Assembly (NCBI GenBank): GCA_965661285.1
Contig: CBFIDD010000003.1
Location: 64,001-128,000 of the forward strand
Length of the DNA stretch: 64,000 nucleotides
Reading direction: 5' to 3'
DNA from: Poseidonia sp.
GTDB taxonomy: Archaea > Thermoplasmatota > Poseidoniia > Poseidoniales > Poseidoniaceae
The position numbers and the translations under genes are program-made. The notes below the pieces were generated by a model, which searched no databases, was not told where the DNA came from, and worked only from the letters and a program-made list of their open reading frames with translations. Below, piece after piece: positions 52,336 through 63,293 of the stretch (the first letter of the stretch is position 1; every line of letters starts with the position of its first letter).

Positions 52336-53952
52336 ATGGCCCACATCGCCATCATCGGTAGCGGCATTGCCGGCTTGTTCGCTGCCTCAAAATTGGCTGA
52401 GGCCGGCCACGAAGTTTCGGTCATCACCAAGAAACGGCCGAAGGATTCCTCGACCAACTGGGCGCAGGGCGGCATCGCCGCCATCTTGGACAAGACCAAT
52501 CACGAGGACATGGAGGCGCATGTCCAAGACACCTTGCGTTCGGGCGATGGTGCGTGCGACGAAGCGGTGGTTCGGTCCATCATCGGCGAAGCGGGCGACC
52601 GTATTCGTGATCTGATTCAAATCGGCGTTGAATTTGAAAAAACGTCAGACGGTTCGTTCTCCTTTATTCGAGAAGGCGGCCATTCAAGCAAACGAATCTT
52701 GCATGCAAAAGACGCAACGGGCAAGGAGATCGAACGCGCACTCACCGCCTTCGCACGACAACATCCCCACATCACGCTCAGACCCAACACCCTTGCCATT
52801 GACCTCATTCAACGCCAACACGGACATCCAGAATTGGGCGTAGCCGGTGCGTGGTGTCTCGACCAAGAAACACAACAAGTTGTGAACATTGAAGCGGATG
52901 CCGTGGTTCTCGCGACCGGCGGCGTTGGGCGACTATGGAAAGAAACCACCAACCCCGACGTCGCCACTGGAGACGGTTTAGCGATGGCCTATAGAACAGG
53001 AGCATGCGTTGATAATTTGGCCTATATCCAATTCCACCCCACCGCCTTGTCCACGCCAGCAACCCGCCCGTTTCTCATCTCCGAAGCTGTTCGCGGCGTG
53101 GGTGCAGTCTTGCTCGATGAGCAGGGCCTTGCGCGTTGGACCCAAGCCTGTGAGGATGCAAAAGCCCAGGGAGACCAACCTCCCGAACCGCATGGCTTCT
53201 CCTTCACACTCACGTACACACCTGAGGGGTCGATGGCCACCCGGGACATCGTTGCCCGGGCGATTGACCAGGAGATGAAGCGGCAGGGCGCCACGCATGT
53301 CTATCTCATCACGTCTCATCTGAACGGCAACCTTGAGGAAAAATTCCCAACCATCGCCCATCGCCTGGCGAAAGAGGGATTGAAACTCGGCGTGGACCCG
53401 ATACCGGTTGTCCCTGCTGCTCATTACATGGTTGGCGGCGTGCGGGTCGACGATATCGGTCGTGCCTTTGCTCGCAACGTCGATGCCGTGATGCCTCACC
53501 TCTACGCCATCGGTGAGGTGGCAAGCACCGGCATGCATGGAGCCAATCGACTGGCCTCAAACAGTTTGCTTGAAGCAGTGGTATATGCAAATCGCGTGGC
53601 GCAGCATCTCATTCAACATCCTCCGTCGTCCTATGTCGGGACGCAGCCAGCTTGGCGAGCCGACGGCCTAGCGGCGTTGAAGGAACACGGACCCGTCATT
53701 CACGACCGCACCAGTTTGGTAAGAACGATGTCCGATGAAGTGGGCATCGTCCGTTCCAATCAACGGCTCAAACGTGCGAAACGGCGCCTCGATCTGTTGA
53801 ACAGCGAGGTGGACATGATGTGGCGGTCCTCGTTACCAACACGAGATATTGTAGAGTTGAGGAACCTGTGTCTGATCGGCCAATTGGTCGTTCAGGATGC
53901 CCTTGCACAAACAGAAAACAGAGGCCTGCACTACAACGTTGATCTGATCTAA
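52336..53952 (+). CDS. nadB: L-aspartate oxidase
   Basis: IIGSGIAG, STNWAQGGIA, REGGHS..RILH, QFHPT, SEAVRG, AHYMVGG, HGANRLASNSLLE; ATG at 52336. Confidence 0.93.
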   Translation: MAHIAIIGSGIAGLFAASKLAEAGHEVSVITKKRPKDSSTNWAQGGIAAILDKTNHEDMEAHVQDTLRSGDGACDEAVVRSIIGEAGDRIRDLIQIGVEFEKTSDGSFSFIREGGHSSKRILHAKDATGKEIERALTAFARQHPHITLRPNTLAIDLIQRQHGHPELGVAGAWCLDQETQQVVNIEADAVVLATGGVGRLWKETTNPDVATGDGLAMAYRTGACVDNLAYIQFHPTALSTPATRPFLISEAVRGVGAVLLDEQGLARWTQACEDAKAQGDQPPEPHGFSFTLTYTPEGSMATRDIVARAIDQEMKRQGATHVYLITSHLNGNLEEKFPTIAHRLAKEGLKLGVDPIPVVPAAHYMVGGVRVDDIGRAFARNVDAVMPHLYAIGEVASTGMHGANRLASNSLLEAVVYANRVAQHLIQHPPSSYVGTQPAWRADGLAALKEHGPVIHDRTSLVRTMSDEVGIVRSNQRLKRAKRRLDLLNSEVDMMWRSSLPTRDIVELRNLCLIGQLVVQDALAQTENRGLHYNVDLI

Positions 53953-54878
53953 GGGTGGCATGCACGCACCAGAGAAGCCAACATCTGGTTCACGGGAGCA
54001 GCCAGACCGTGATGCTCGGCCCGCTCAACCACCGCTTGATTCAGGGACTCGATTTCGGTGAGACGGCCTGCTTTTACGTCCTGAAGCATGCTGCAGGTGT
54101 TGTCCTGTGTCTGTTCAAGAACGGTCTTGAGCCGCTGCTCAAACGCATGCTCGTCAGGAATGTGAACACGTTCCATAAGCGCCACGGCAGCGGCCTCACG
54201 GTACACCATCATGCACGCAGCGAACAGGTCAGGTTGGAGCAGTTCACCGTTTTTCAGCCCCCCTAAGGCGGCCAACGGGTTGATGGCCAAATTCAGCATC
54301 ACCTTGTTCCAAATCAAAGCGACAGGGTCCGCCTCGACCGAAGCGTTCAACGCTGCTTCATTCAGAAAGTCAACGATTTCTTCAACGCGATTGGCTGAGG
54401 GGCCGAGGGGTGTGGATGCGAGAGCGATGCCGCCAAAGCCCGCCCAGAACGTGGGACGGTTCGATTGGGTGAACGCTCCGTGCGTTGTGCTGGCAGCCAG
54501 GACACGTTCAGGGCCGAGAACACGGGACAAGCTCTCGACATGGCCCAAGCCATTTGAGAGAGTAAACACCACACCGCTTGGTTTCAGGAACGACATGGCT
54601 TGTTGTGCCAAATGGGGCATGGCATGAGATTTTCCAGCCAAAATAACGAGATCAGAATTTTGCATGAGTTCGGGTTCGCACGGGAGCTCCTCACAGGAAA
54701 ACAGAAATCGTTCCGCACCAAATTCAAGGTCGCGATGGCCTTCAACACTGAGCCCTTCGAGCATCAAACGAGCGCCTCGCTCTCCACGGACATGGAGATG
54801 AACGCTGGCAGGCGTTGTTGCGAGGCTGCTGGCGATGATACTGCCGACCGAACCAACGCCCAAAACAGAGACTCGCAT
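53949..54878 (-). CDS. panE: Ketopantoate reductase
   Basis: GVGSVG, KS, NGLG, WNKVMLNLAINPL, SMLQD....R.TEIESLN. Confidence 0.9.
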   Translation of the reverse strand: MRVSVLGVGSVGSIIASSLATTPASVHLHVRGERGARLMLEGLSVEGHRDLEFGAERFLFSCEELPCEPELMQNSDLVILAGKSHAMPHLAQQAMSFLKPSGVVFTLSNGLGHVESLSRVLGPERVLAASTTHGAFTQSNRPTFWAGFGGIALASTPLGPSANRVEEIVDFLNEAALNASVEADPVALIWNKVMLNLAINPLAALGGLKNGELLQPDLFAACMMVYREAAAVALMERVHIPDEHAFEQRLKTVLEQTQDNTCSMLQDVKAGRLTEIESLNQAVVERAEHHGLAAPVNQMLASLVRACHP

Positions 54879-54887
54879 GCCATCACC

Positions 54888-57425
54888 TCACTGATAACTC
54901 GACAGGTGCAGTACAATGGAGCCCGCTTCGTAGGTCAACCACATGGTCGCCAAGGGTGCATTTGGTGGTGTCAGTGAGAAGGTGGTGTCGCCTGGGCCCA
55001 GTGGCAGACCGTCCCAATCATGGCTCCAATCCTCACCAAAACTCCCGCCACGGTCAAGGCGGAATGGAATGGTGGTGTTGGTCGGGTTGTGAAGCGTGAA
55101 CGTCGTCATCCCGGTGTTGAGCAACGTGCCGTTGGTTGAAACAGCCCAAGGGCTGGTCCAAAACCGAGAGGTCGAATTCATCCATGAAACGAGCAATTCC
55201 GGCCCCTCCACGACGTCAAACGAAAGGTCCGGGTAGGGGTTGAACGGATCCCTGCAGAGCGAAACATTGGCACCATCCGGCATCAGCACCGTCATGTTCT
55301 GCGTTGCTTGAAGCGCGGGGAGTTTGGCTGAAGAGCGGAGGACCATGTCCCAAACCCACGGCCCGGATTCAGGCCGAACAGGTGTGCTAAGGCTGGCGTC
55401 GAGTGGACATTGCTCTGCGTCCATCAGGAGGTTCCCTTCGCCTTCAAACAGTGCGCCCCAGCCGTTCTCCCCGTCTGCGGAGATGGTCCAGCCTTCAGCT
55501 GGAACATGAGCGATGAGGGCGCGTCGTTCTGGCAACAGCGGCGTGAAGGTGTGGTTGTTGAGATGGAGCGTGGCCATGGACGGGTCAAACACCAACGGGT
55601 CCAAACCTTCCAAGCAGAACTGTGAGGGTACCTCGGAGAGGTTCACGTCCATGGTTGAAGCACCGGGAATGTTCACGAGTTGGGTTTGCATGCCCTCAAG
55701 TGGTGCTGCACCGGTGCGAATGACCAGCGAGGTTGAATTCATCAGCGATCCGTTCAAATCAACACACCGATGAATGTAGGCGCCCGAGGAGACATCGTAC
55801 CACGTTGCAGAGGGAACGACTTCCAATGAAGGGCGTACGTGAACGGGAACGGCTTCATATTCGCCGTTCATCGAGACCACATAACTGAGGTTGGCCATGG
55901 TGGGCTGGTCTTCACCTGTCCACGTGAGATTCATCCAGAAGTAAGCCGTTCGCTTGGGAAGGAGATCGGAGCCGCAGCCACGCTCGTCCACCGTGTAGGT
56001 GTCTTCCCCGTCGCAATCCCAATCAATGCTCCAACCTTGACCGGGATGCTCGAGGTACGCCGATACGGCAAACGGTTTTTCCAGTGCCGAAGGGTTGGTT
56101 ACCCTGACCTCCGTCGTTGAACGCCACGTTCCATCCTCCTGAAGAACGGCGTGTTCAGGTGAAACGAGTTGATGCTTCAAATCATCATCCCACCCCGTTT
56201 CGTGAAGCACGGGCTGGCCCGCAGGGAGAAGAAGCGTGAACACCAACAGCAAGAGCAAGCCCATTCTCCCGTGTTCTCGTTCACTCAATCGGGTGGTCTC
56301 GTCAAGAATCAGTGGAATTCTCAGGTCGTTGCCGAAGAAGAACAACAAGGGCAACAACAAAGCAAAGACGAGGTACCAGAGTGAGAATTGTTCGAAGACA
56401 CCGAACACATAGGCGGTGAACAGAGCGAGGACCAAGATCAAACTCTGCGTGCTTGAACTTCGAGCATCGAGTAGACCCATTCGGGCGATGAGGATCCGGC
56501 CACCCGGAAAGGTAGGCACAGGAAGAACCGAAATCCACGCAAAGAGCATCAACATGCCACCGACATGCACCCATGGATGAGCCCACAGGAGACGGACAAA
56601 GGCGTCGGAGTGGATGAAACTGTCCGCGATGAGGGAGATGAAGAGTGGGGGAGATGAAACGAGAGGCATCGTAGACGAAACGAGGTATTCTGGTGTCAAC
56701 CAAAGGCCTGCAAGCATGAAAACAACACCTGCACCCCCCAGCACGAGCGGCACGCTCAGCGCCGTGTAACCGAGGGATGCTCGGTCCGGCCAAGGGCGTG
56801 CATCCATTCTCGGCATGGTCGGCAACAACAAGACCCCAAACGGCCACACCAACCATGAGGAAGGGAAGAGCCCCAAGGCGTACAGTGCGATGGTAAAGTC
56901 AGGAATGGGAAGAAGGTGGCCACTGCGCACACCGAAGCGGGAGGCGACCCTGCGCTGAAGGCTGGAAGCAAGAAAAATGACGAGCATGGCTGGCAACGTG
57001 TAACCGACCAGAGCATCCAACAACGATGAGGCGTGGAACCAGCCACCTGATGGACGGGCGCCGGACATCCAAAGGTCGCCCGCCAGCGTGAGGGTGAGGA
57101 AGGAGAGGGCCCAAAACAACACGACGGTGTTCAAACGAGGGAATTGTCGTTCAGGCGCAGGAAAAACGGTGACGACCCAATCCTCATCCTTCGTCAATTT
57201 GCCCATCCAGCCCAAACGTGCCAAGTGGAGATTGCATGCTTTGAGGTCCTCATGGACATCTTCGCCTCGAGCAGCCACGGCCCATGAAGGCCAGCGCCCG
57301 CCGTTTTTTCGTAGGACGCCGAAATAGGATTCTAGCACAGTACCGAGCAATTCGTGTTGCGACCAGGCTTTCTTGTGGTGGGCAAGACCGGGAAGAGGAG
57401 CATTGGAATCATCGGACATGTTCAA
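54888..57425 (-). CDS. Site-2 protease (M50) homolog with degenerate active site and large C-terminal soluble domain
   Basis: M50 layout (multi-TM, FGV, HP...G...F, LP...GGRI) but HExxH and LDG are absent. Confidence 0.65.
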   Translation of the reverse strand: MNMSDDSNAPLPGLAHHKKAWSQHELLGTVLESYFGVLRKNGGRWPSWAVAARGEDVHEDLKACNLHLARLGWMGKLTKDEDWVVTVFPAPERQFPRLNTVVLFWALSFLTLTLAGDLWMSGARPSGGWFHASSLLDALVGYTLPAMLVIFLASSLQRRVASRFGVRSGHLLPIPDFTIALYALGLFPSSWLVWPFGVLLLPTMPRMDARPWPDRASLGYTALSVPLVLGGAGVVFMLAGLWLTPEYLVSSTMPLVSSPPLFISLIADSFIHSDAFVRLLWAHPWVHVGGMLMLFAWISVLPVPTFPGGRILIARMGLLDARSSSTQSLILVLALFTAYVFGVFEQFSLWYLVFALLLPLLFFFGNDLRIPLILDETTRLSEREHGRMGLLLLLVFTLLLPAGQPVLHETGWDDDLKHQLVSPEHAVLQEDGTWRSTTEVRVTNPSALEKPFAVSAYLEHPGQGWSIDWDCDGEDTYTVDERGCGSDLLPKRTAYFWMNLTWTGEDQPTMANLSYVVSMNGEYEAVPVHVRPSLEVVPSATWYDVSSGAYIHRCVDLNGSLMNSTSLVIRTGAAPLEGMQTQLVNIPGASTMDVNLSEVPSQFCLEGLDPLVFDPSMATLHLNNHTFTPLLPERRALIAHVPAEGWTISADGENGWGALFEGEGNLLMDAEQCPLDASLSTPVRPESGPWVWDMVLRSSAKLPALQATQNMTVLMPDGANVSLCRDPFNPYPDLSFDVVEGPELLVSWMNSTSRFWTSPWAVSTNGTLLNTGMTTFTLHNPTNTTIPFRLDRGGSFGEDWSHDWDGLPLGPGDTTFSLTPPNAPLATMWLTYEAGSIVLHLSSYQ

Positions 57426-57488
57426 CCCCCCTTATCCGGCTGTGTTGGCCCTCCTCCATGAATCCCTCGTTAGGGCGCAGAGGAAGAA

Positions 57489-58112
57489 TCACTTGTTCTT
57501 GAATCGCTTTAGACGGAAGGTTTCTTCACGTTCCATTTCTTCAAGTCGGAGTTGAATGAAGACCTTGGCCTCCTCAAGTTCTGGAATCACCTTGAACTCG
57601 AGAGCGTTGACACGTCGCTTGGTCGCTTCAATTTCGGCCAGGAGACGCTTCAAAGTGGCTTCCATTTCCGAGGCTTTGACGATCTTTTCAATGAGTTCGC
57701 TGAATGAGTCGCTCGCTTCGTCGATGTAGGGTGAAGATCCGATGAAACCGATGCCTCGCTCCGCAAAGGTGGATTTCAGGTTGCTTCCGCTCACGCTTGG
57801 AACGACCACACCCATGATGTTGCGGCGCTCAACTTCGACCTCTGGGTGCGCTGAATTGGCGATGGCTGCGGCACGAACGGCCAGACCACCTTCGATGGCG
57901 TTAGCCAAGTCAATTCGGGTCTTTGCCAGCCGATAGGCGGCGGTGAGGTCTCGCTTCGCTTCGATCATCTCAGAGAGCAAGGTGCGGAATTCGTGGAACA
58001 AGCCGTCCCGCTTCATCTTCAACAATTTGTACCCGTTCTTGGTCTGCTTGATGCGACCTTTCAATTTGATGAGTTCGCTTCGGGTTGGTTTGATGTCCAA
58101 TGCCATGCTCAC
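57489..58112 (-). CDS. atpD: A-type ATP synthase subunit D
   Basis: PTRSEL, GYKLLKMKRD, TKRRVNALE, LEEMEREE.FRLK. Confidence 0.95.
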   Translation of the reverse strand: MSMALDIKPTRSELIKLKGRIKQTKNGYKLLKMKRDGLFHEFRTLLSEMIEAKRDLTAAYRLAKTRIDLANAIEGGLAVRAAAIANSAHPEVEVERRNIMGVVVPSVSGSNLKSTFAERGIGFIGSSPYIDEASDSFSELIEKIVKASEMEATLKRLLAEIEATKRRVNALEFKVIPELEEAKVFIQLRLEEMEREETFRLKRFKNK

Positions 58113-58140
58113 TCACCTCCTTGTTTCTCGGTCGCTCTGT

Positions 58141-59526
58141 TCAAGCTCGGTTTTCTGGGTGGTACTTCTTGATGAGTTCTTCGTCAAGACGAACAAGGTA
58201 CTTGGTGTCGATGCTGGCCATCAATTCCCAGCAGAGGTCAAGTGTTTCGTCAATGGTTCGGTCCTCATCGCGGGACTGGCGAAGGAACTTGTCCTCAAAC
58301 ACACCCGAGAAATCCAGCAGTTGCTTATCACGCTCGTTGAGGGCGTCTTCACCGACGATGGCCACCAAACCACGGAGTTCACGTCCTTGGGCGTAAGCAG
58401 CGTACATTTGGTCGCTGACCTTCTTGTGGTCGTCTCGGGTCGTCTTCTCACCGATACAGGAACCCATCAGTCGAGACAGGGATGGCAAGACGTTGATGGG
58501 CGGATAGATACCTTGCTGGTGAAGTTCACGGCTGATAACGATCTGACCTTCGGTGATGTATCCGGAAAGGTCGGGAATCGGGTGCGTGATGTCATCACCG
58601 GGCATGGTCAGAATCGGGAATTGGGTGATGGAACCTTTCTTCCCTTTCACGATACCTGCACGCTCGTAGAGCATGGCCAAGTCGGTGTACATGTATCCGG
58701 GATAACCACGTCGTCCAGGGACCTCTTCACGAGCAGCACCGATTTGGCGAAGTGCATCGCAATAGTTGGTCATGTCCGTGTAAATCACGAGAACGTGGTA
58801 GTCTTTCTCAAAGGCAAGATATTCTGCAGCGGTCAGTGCCAGACGTGGCGTAATGATACGCTCGACGGCAGGGTCGTCAGCGAGGTTGACAAACAATACA
58901 GCGTTCTCAAGTGCACCCGTGCGCTCCAGGTCGGAACGGAAGAAGTTGTATTCTTCAGCGGTGATACCCATGGCGCAGAACACCACGATGAACTCTTCAT
59001 CCGAGTCCTTGAGTTTCGCCTGTCGGGCAATTTGCAGGGCGATGTCGTTGTGGGGCAGACCCGATGCGGAAAAGATCGGGAGTTTCTGTCCACGCACAAG
59101 CGTCGTACAGCAGTCGATGGCGGAGATACCCGTCTGGATAAAGTCGTGGGGCGACTGTCGGCTGTACGGGTTGATGGCCGCACCGATGATGTCGGCCTTT
59201 TCCTCGGCGACGATTTCGGGACCGCCGTCTCGGGGTCGACCAGCACCGTCGAGGATGCGTCCGACGAGGTCAGTGCTCACGGGGAGTTTGAACACGTCGC
59301 CCATGAAGGTGACACCGGTTTCTCGGTTGATTTTGGCCGTGCCTTCAAACACCTGAACGATGACGAGGTCATCAGAGGTGTCAAGCACTTGTCCGTTCTT
59401 GATTTCACCGTTTGAGAGGCGAAGGGTAACAATTTCACCAAACGCAACGGGCTCGGTTTTGTTCAAAAAGACCAGCGGGCCTTTCACGTCGGTAATGGTT
59501 CGGTATTCTTTTCCAGTCATGTTCAT
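58141..59526 (-). CDS. atpB: A-type ATP synthase subunit B
   Basis: [42 protein letters not shown]. Confidence 0.97.
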   Translation of the reverse strand: MNMTGKEYRTITDVKGPLVFLNKTEPVAFGEIVTLRLSNGEIKNGQVLDTSDDLVIVQVFEGTAKINRETGVTFMGDVFKLPVSTDLVGRILDGAGRPRDGGPEIVAEEKADIIGAAINPYSRQSPHDFIQTGISAIDCCTTLVRGQKLPIFSASGLPHNDIALQIARQAKLKDSDEEFIVVFCAMGITAEEYNFFRSDLERTGALENAVLFVNLADDPAVERIITPRLALTAAEYLAFEKDYHVLVIYTDMTNYCDALRQIGAAREEVPGRRGYPGYMYTDLAMLYERAGIVKGKKGSITQFPILTMPGDDITHPIPDLSGYITEGQIVISRELHQQGIYPPINVLPSLSRLMGSCIGEKTTRDDHKKVSDQMYAAYAQGRELRGLVAIVGEDALNERDKQLLDFSGVFEDKFLRQSRDEDRTIDETLDLCWELMASIDTKYLVRLDEELIKKYHPENRA

Positions 59527-59533
59527 CCTCTCC

Positions 59534-61273
59534 TCAGTTGGCCTCCACAGCGTTGGCGATTTCTTCGTTCATCTGCTTGACCAAGTCTTCAATGCGGTCA
59601 ATGTAGCCTGTTTCGAACCGACCACGCATCAGGTTTGAGCGGGCAGGAACGTTGACGACATCGTTGAGCAAGGCTCCGTTAGCCATGGCAGTCTTGGCGG
59701 CGTCTTGGAAGGACAGGATGGCCTTGGCCATTTCGTACTGCAATTTGATGTCGCAGTAGGCATCAACGGGGTCAAAGCCGTTCTGCTGAAGGAAGAATTC
59801 TCGGATCATACGTGCGACTTCCAACGTCAACTGCTGGTCGACGGGCAGGGCGTCAGAACCGACCAGCTGGACGATTTCTTGCAGTTCGGCTTCAATTTGC
59901 AACAGACCGCTGATCTGCGTTCGAATTTCAGGGAAGTCCTGGGCGATGTTGTCTCGGAACCACTGGTCGAGGCTCTGTGGGTAGAGCGAATAGGAGTTCA
60001 GCCAGTTGATGGCAGGGAAGTGGCGTTGTCGAGCCAAACCGGCATCGAGGCCCCAGAACACCTTCACGATACGGAGGGTACCTTGGGAAACCGGTTCGGA
60101 GATGTCACCACCGGGCGGCGACACAGCACCGATAACGGTGACGGACCCGTCTTCGCCGTTGAGCGTCTCAACACGTCCGGCTCGTTCGTAGAATTCTGCG
60201 ATTCTGGACGAGAGGTAGGCTGGATAACCTTCCTCACCGGGCATTTCTTCCAAACGGGACGAAATTTCACGCATGGCTTCTGCCCAGCGAGAGGTTGAGT
60301 CGGCCATGAGGGCCACGTCGTAGCCCATGTCTCGGAAATACTCGGCGATGGTGATACCGGTGTACACCGATGCCTCACGAGCAGCCACAGGCATGTTGGA
60401 GGTGTTGGCGATCATGACCGTTCGGTTCATGAGCGGCTTTCCGGTGTTGGGGTCGATCAAGTGAGGGAACTCATCCAACACTTCGGTCATCTCGTTGCCT
60501 CGCTCCCCGCAGCCGATGTAAACGACGAGTTGAGCGTCGGAGTACTTGGCCAGAGATTGCTGCGTGACCGTCTTTCCGGACCCGAAGGGACCGGGAATAC
60601 CGGCAGCACCGCCCTTGGCGAGCGGGAACAGGAAGTCGAGGATGCGCATGCCGGTGACCAGAGGCGTGTCTGGAGCGTACTTCTGCGTGAAGGGGCGAGG
60701 GGTTCGGACCGGCCACTTCTGCATCATCTGCAACTCGCTGCCGTCCTCAAGGACACAGACGGTTTGGGTCACGTTGAAGTCACCGGATTCGATGGACTTC
60801 ACCTTGCCGCCTTTACCGGGCGGGACCATGATCTTGTGAACAATGGTCTCGGTTTCTTGGACGTGGCCGATGACTTGGCCGCTGACCACGTCATCGCCCT
60901 TGGCGACTTGTGGCTCAAACGTCCAGGTCTTCTCCATGTCAAAGGCATCAGCGTCGACACCACGGGTGATGAAGACACCCATGACTTCCTCAAGGGTGGC
61001 AAGAGGACGCTGGATACCGTCGTAAATTTGTGTCAGGAGACCGGGTCCGAGAGAAACCGAGAGGGTCTCTTCGGTGTTCAACACGGGCTCACCGGGGCGA
61101 ATACCCGAGGTGTCTTCGTACACCTGAATGACGGCTTTTTCACCGTGCAGCTCAATCACTTCGCCCATCAAACCTTCATGTCCGACACGCACAACGTCAT
61201 ACATTGCGGCGTTCATGCCTGTAGCGGTTACGACAGGTCCCGAAATTCGGTAAATCACTCCTTCATTGCTCAT
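59534..61273 (-). CDS. atpA: A-type ATP synthase subunit A
   Basis: [47 protein letters not shown]. Confidence 0.97.
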   Translation of the reverse strand: MSNEGVIYRISGPVVTATGMNAAMYDVVRVGHEGLMGEVIELHGEKAVIQVYEDTSGIRPGEPVLNTEETLSVSLGPGLLTQIYDGIQRPLATLEEVMGVFITRGVDADAFDMEKTWTFEPQVAKGDDVVSGQVIGHVQETETIVHKIMVPPGKGGKVKSIESGDFNVTQTVCVLEDGSELQMMQKWPVRTPRPFTQKYAPDTPLVTGMRILDFLFPLAKGGAAGIPGPFGSGKTVTQQSLAKYSDAQLVVYIGCGERGNEMTEVLDEFPHLIDPNTGKPLMNRTVMIANTSNMPVAAREASVYTGITIAEYFRDMGYDVALMADSTSRWAEAMREISSRLEEMPGEEGYPAYLSSRIAEFYERAGRVETLNGEDGSVTVIGAVSPPGGDISEPVSQGTLRIVKVFWGLDAGLARQRHFPAINWLNSYSLYPQSLDQWFRDNIAQDFPEIRTQISGLLQIEAELQEIVQLVGSDALPVDQQLTLEVARMIREFFLQQNGFDPVDAYCDIKLQYEMAKAILSFQDAAKTAMANGALLNDVVNVPARSNLMRGRFETGYIDRIEDLVKQMNEEIANAVEAN

Positions 61274-61303
61274 TTTTTCTTCCTCCTGTTTTTGGTTGGA
61301 ACA

Positions 61304-61606
61304 TCATTTCCAAAGATCGACTCCTATGGCCTTGCGAATGGTATCCCGCAAGGTGGTGTCTTCCTCCGTACCGATACCGAGAACGGTTGGGGAGACGGAT
61401 GCCGACAACTGGTCTTTCAACCGGTCGGGCAACGTGGCCATCACAGCGGAGTCGACCACCATGATACCAACGGATTTGTTGTTGAGTAGGGAGCGAAGCG
61501 TGGAATGCAATTCCTCGTCGCCATCTGGATTGTAGAGACTTGACAGCCCAGCGAGCTGGAAGCCAAGGGTGAACGCAGGAGAGCCGACAATTGCAATCTC
61601 CATCAT
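61304..61606 (-). CDS. atpF: A-type ATP synthase subunit F
   Basis: IAIVG....LGFQLAG, IRKAIGVDL. Confidence 0.93.
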   Translation of the reverse strand: MMEIAIVGSPAFTLGFQLAGLSSLYNPDGDEELHSTLRSLLNNKSVGIMVVDSAVMATLPDRLKDQLSASVSPTVLGIGTEEDTTLRDTIRKAIGVDLWK

Positions 61607-61614
61607 AAATCACC

Positions 61615-62655
61615 TCAGAGTAAGTGCGCCTCAAGCACGGCAGCGGACAAGCCTGCGAGGCGTCCGCGAACGATCAAACGAAGGTCAGAGACCTCCTGCA
61701 CCTTCATCGCGATGTAGTAGATGATGGGAAGTGCAGATACGGGATGGAGGTAGCTCATCCGTTGCATCATGCTGTGCTCACGTGCATTCATCCAGGTGAC
61801 AACCGAGTCAAGACTGCGAGAAGTTTCGGCTTCTTCCAAGACCGTTTCAAAGGATGCAAAATCGAACTTGTTGGCGCTGCGCAGCAAATCCAACATGGCG
61901 TTTCGCCCTCCGGTCGCAATCGCTGAAAAGGCACGCTTGGGAACGAGTCGCCCTCCTGGAATGAGGAGCGACACGAGCCGTTCGTTATCGATGCCCACCG
62001 CACTCGCCTCTAGGATGTTGACGATGTTTTTGTGGTCGACTTCCGCAGCAAAGAGTTGGCGAAGGAAACGAGCAGGAGCTCCTTTGGCTTGGCCAAGTGC
62101 CTTGAGTGAGGCGGCGTAGTAGTGCCGGTCAAGGGAATCCTCATAGTCGGCAAGAGAACCGTCTTCCGGGACCTTTGCGAGGGACGAACCGAACGCCTTC
62201 CGGCGCATGAGGTTCGCTGCAGTCTTCATGTCATCACTCGTCTCGACAACCTTTAGCCACGGCGTGTTCACATCGTTAATCTCTGGAAGAATGCTGTTTC
62301 CAACCTCTTCCACCGAGACCTCGTTGTGAATCGCCCGAAACACCGCTTTGGCGTTTTGATACTCAAATCGAGACGTGTAAATTTCAATCAGCGGTCGAAT
62401 GGACTTGTTGGTCATGTTGACCAGTTTCGTCAATTCGGACTCCAAGTTGTGGGTAAGGGCTGCTTCAACGAGGTCTCCACCCGTCAGTTTTCCTGCGTAG
62501 AGGTCAATCTCTGTGCGGTAGCCAAGGTCAGCGACAGCGACCGTGAGTTGGTCCACGGATTGATTGATCAGTTGACGTAGTCGCGCTCGGTCTGCCAACT
62601 TCTGTCGTCGTGCCTTGGCACGTGAGACGACATAAGGGGTGTTTCCGAGCATCAT
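61615..62655 (-). CDS. atpC: A-type ATP synthase subunit C
   Basis: Y...R..AR, N.K...R, EVDHKN, IPGG, EV.DLR.I.RG; operon position; ATG 62655 preferred. Confidence 0.9.
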   Translation of the reverse strand: MMLGNTPYVVSRAKARRQKLADRARLRQLINQSVDQLTVAVADLGYRTEIDLYAGKLTGGDLVEAALTHNLESELTKLVNMTNKSIRPLIEIYTSRFEYQNAKAVFRAIHNEVSVEEVGNSILPEINDVNTPWLKVVETSDDMKTAANLMRRKAFGSSLAKVPEDGSLADYEDSLDRHYYAASLKALGQAKGAPARFLRQLFAAEVDHKNIVNILEASAVGIDNERLVSLLIPGGRLVPKRAFSAIATGGRNAMLDLLRSANKFDFASFETVLEEAETSRSLDSVVTWMNAREHSMMQRMSYLHPVSALPIIYYIAMKVQEVSDLRLIVRGRLAGLSAAVLEAHLL

Positions 62656-62668
62656 TCTATCGCCTTCC

Positions 62669-63232
62669 TCATCCAAACAGGGTTTCGTTCACGGCAGCGA
62701 GTTGGTCAGACCAAGCACGCTCAAGCATGTTGTCAAATCGCATGTCAAAGGAAACAGAGCCGTCGGCGGCTTCCAAAACAAAGCCACCAAGACCTTCCAC
62801 ACTCTCGCCGACTTTACGCTCACCGGCCTCTTTCGAGATGGCGGCGCGGTCAACTTCGACGGGCAGAATCACAAATTTGCCTTTGCCCAGTTTCTTTGAC
62901 GCTGCAAGCATGGTCTTCAGAAGGGCGGCTCGTCCTTTCATGCCGGGGTCGGCGATGTGGTTTCGGGCCGTTTCGTAGGTCGCATCGAGCACCTTGCGGC
63001 GAGCGATCAACACGTCTTTTTGATTGGACTGTCGGGCGCTGGCCACGGTTTCTCGTGCGATTTGTGCTGCTTCTTTTTCAGCACGCTGCTGGGCCTCGTC
63101 GCGCATGGCGTTCACCTTTGCTTCGGCTTCAGCAATCAGTTGCTTGGCTTCTGCCTTGGCCTCGGCAATCAGCGCCTTGGCGTCGCTTTCAGCAGCAGCG
63201 GCAATGTCGTTGGCAAGTGTTTCTAGGGTCAT
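62669..63232 (-). CDS. atpE: A-type ATP synthase subunit E
   Basis: MTLETL, coiled coil, LGGFVLE..DG...D.RF; ATG 63232. Confidence 0.9.
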   Translation of the reverse strand: MTLETLANDIAAAAESDAKALIAEAKAEAKQLIAEAEAKVNAMRDEAQQRAEKEAAQIARETVASARQSNQKDVLIARRKVLDATYETARNHIADPGMKGRAALLKTMLAASKKLGKGKFVILPVEVDRAAISKEAGERKVGESVEGLGGFVLEAADGSVSFDMRFDNMLERAWSDQLAAVNETLFG

Positions 63233-63293
63233 GGTATCGTCTCCTTGGTTCAAATCGATGTGGGCGGGGCCCACACGGGTCAACCGTTCTTCC

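Noticed and set aside
59534-61273. Inteins in AtpA, GyrB or Cdc6
   Set aside because: Lengths are normal and conserved motifs are contiguous.
57943-61489. Long plus-strand ORFs (490 aa at 57943, 342 aa at 60461)
   Set aside because: Antisense shadows of atpB and atpA caused by biased codon usage; no motifs.
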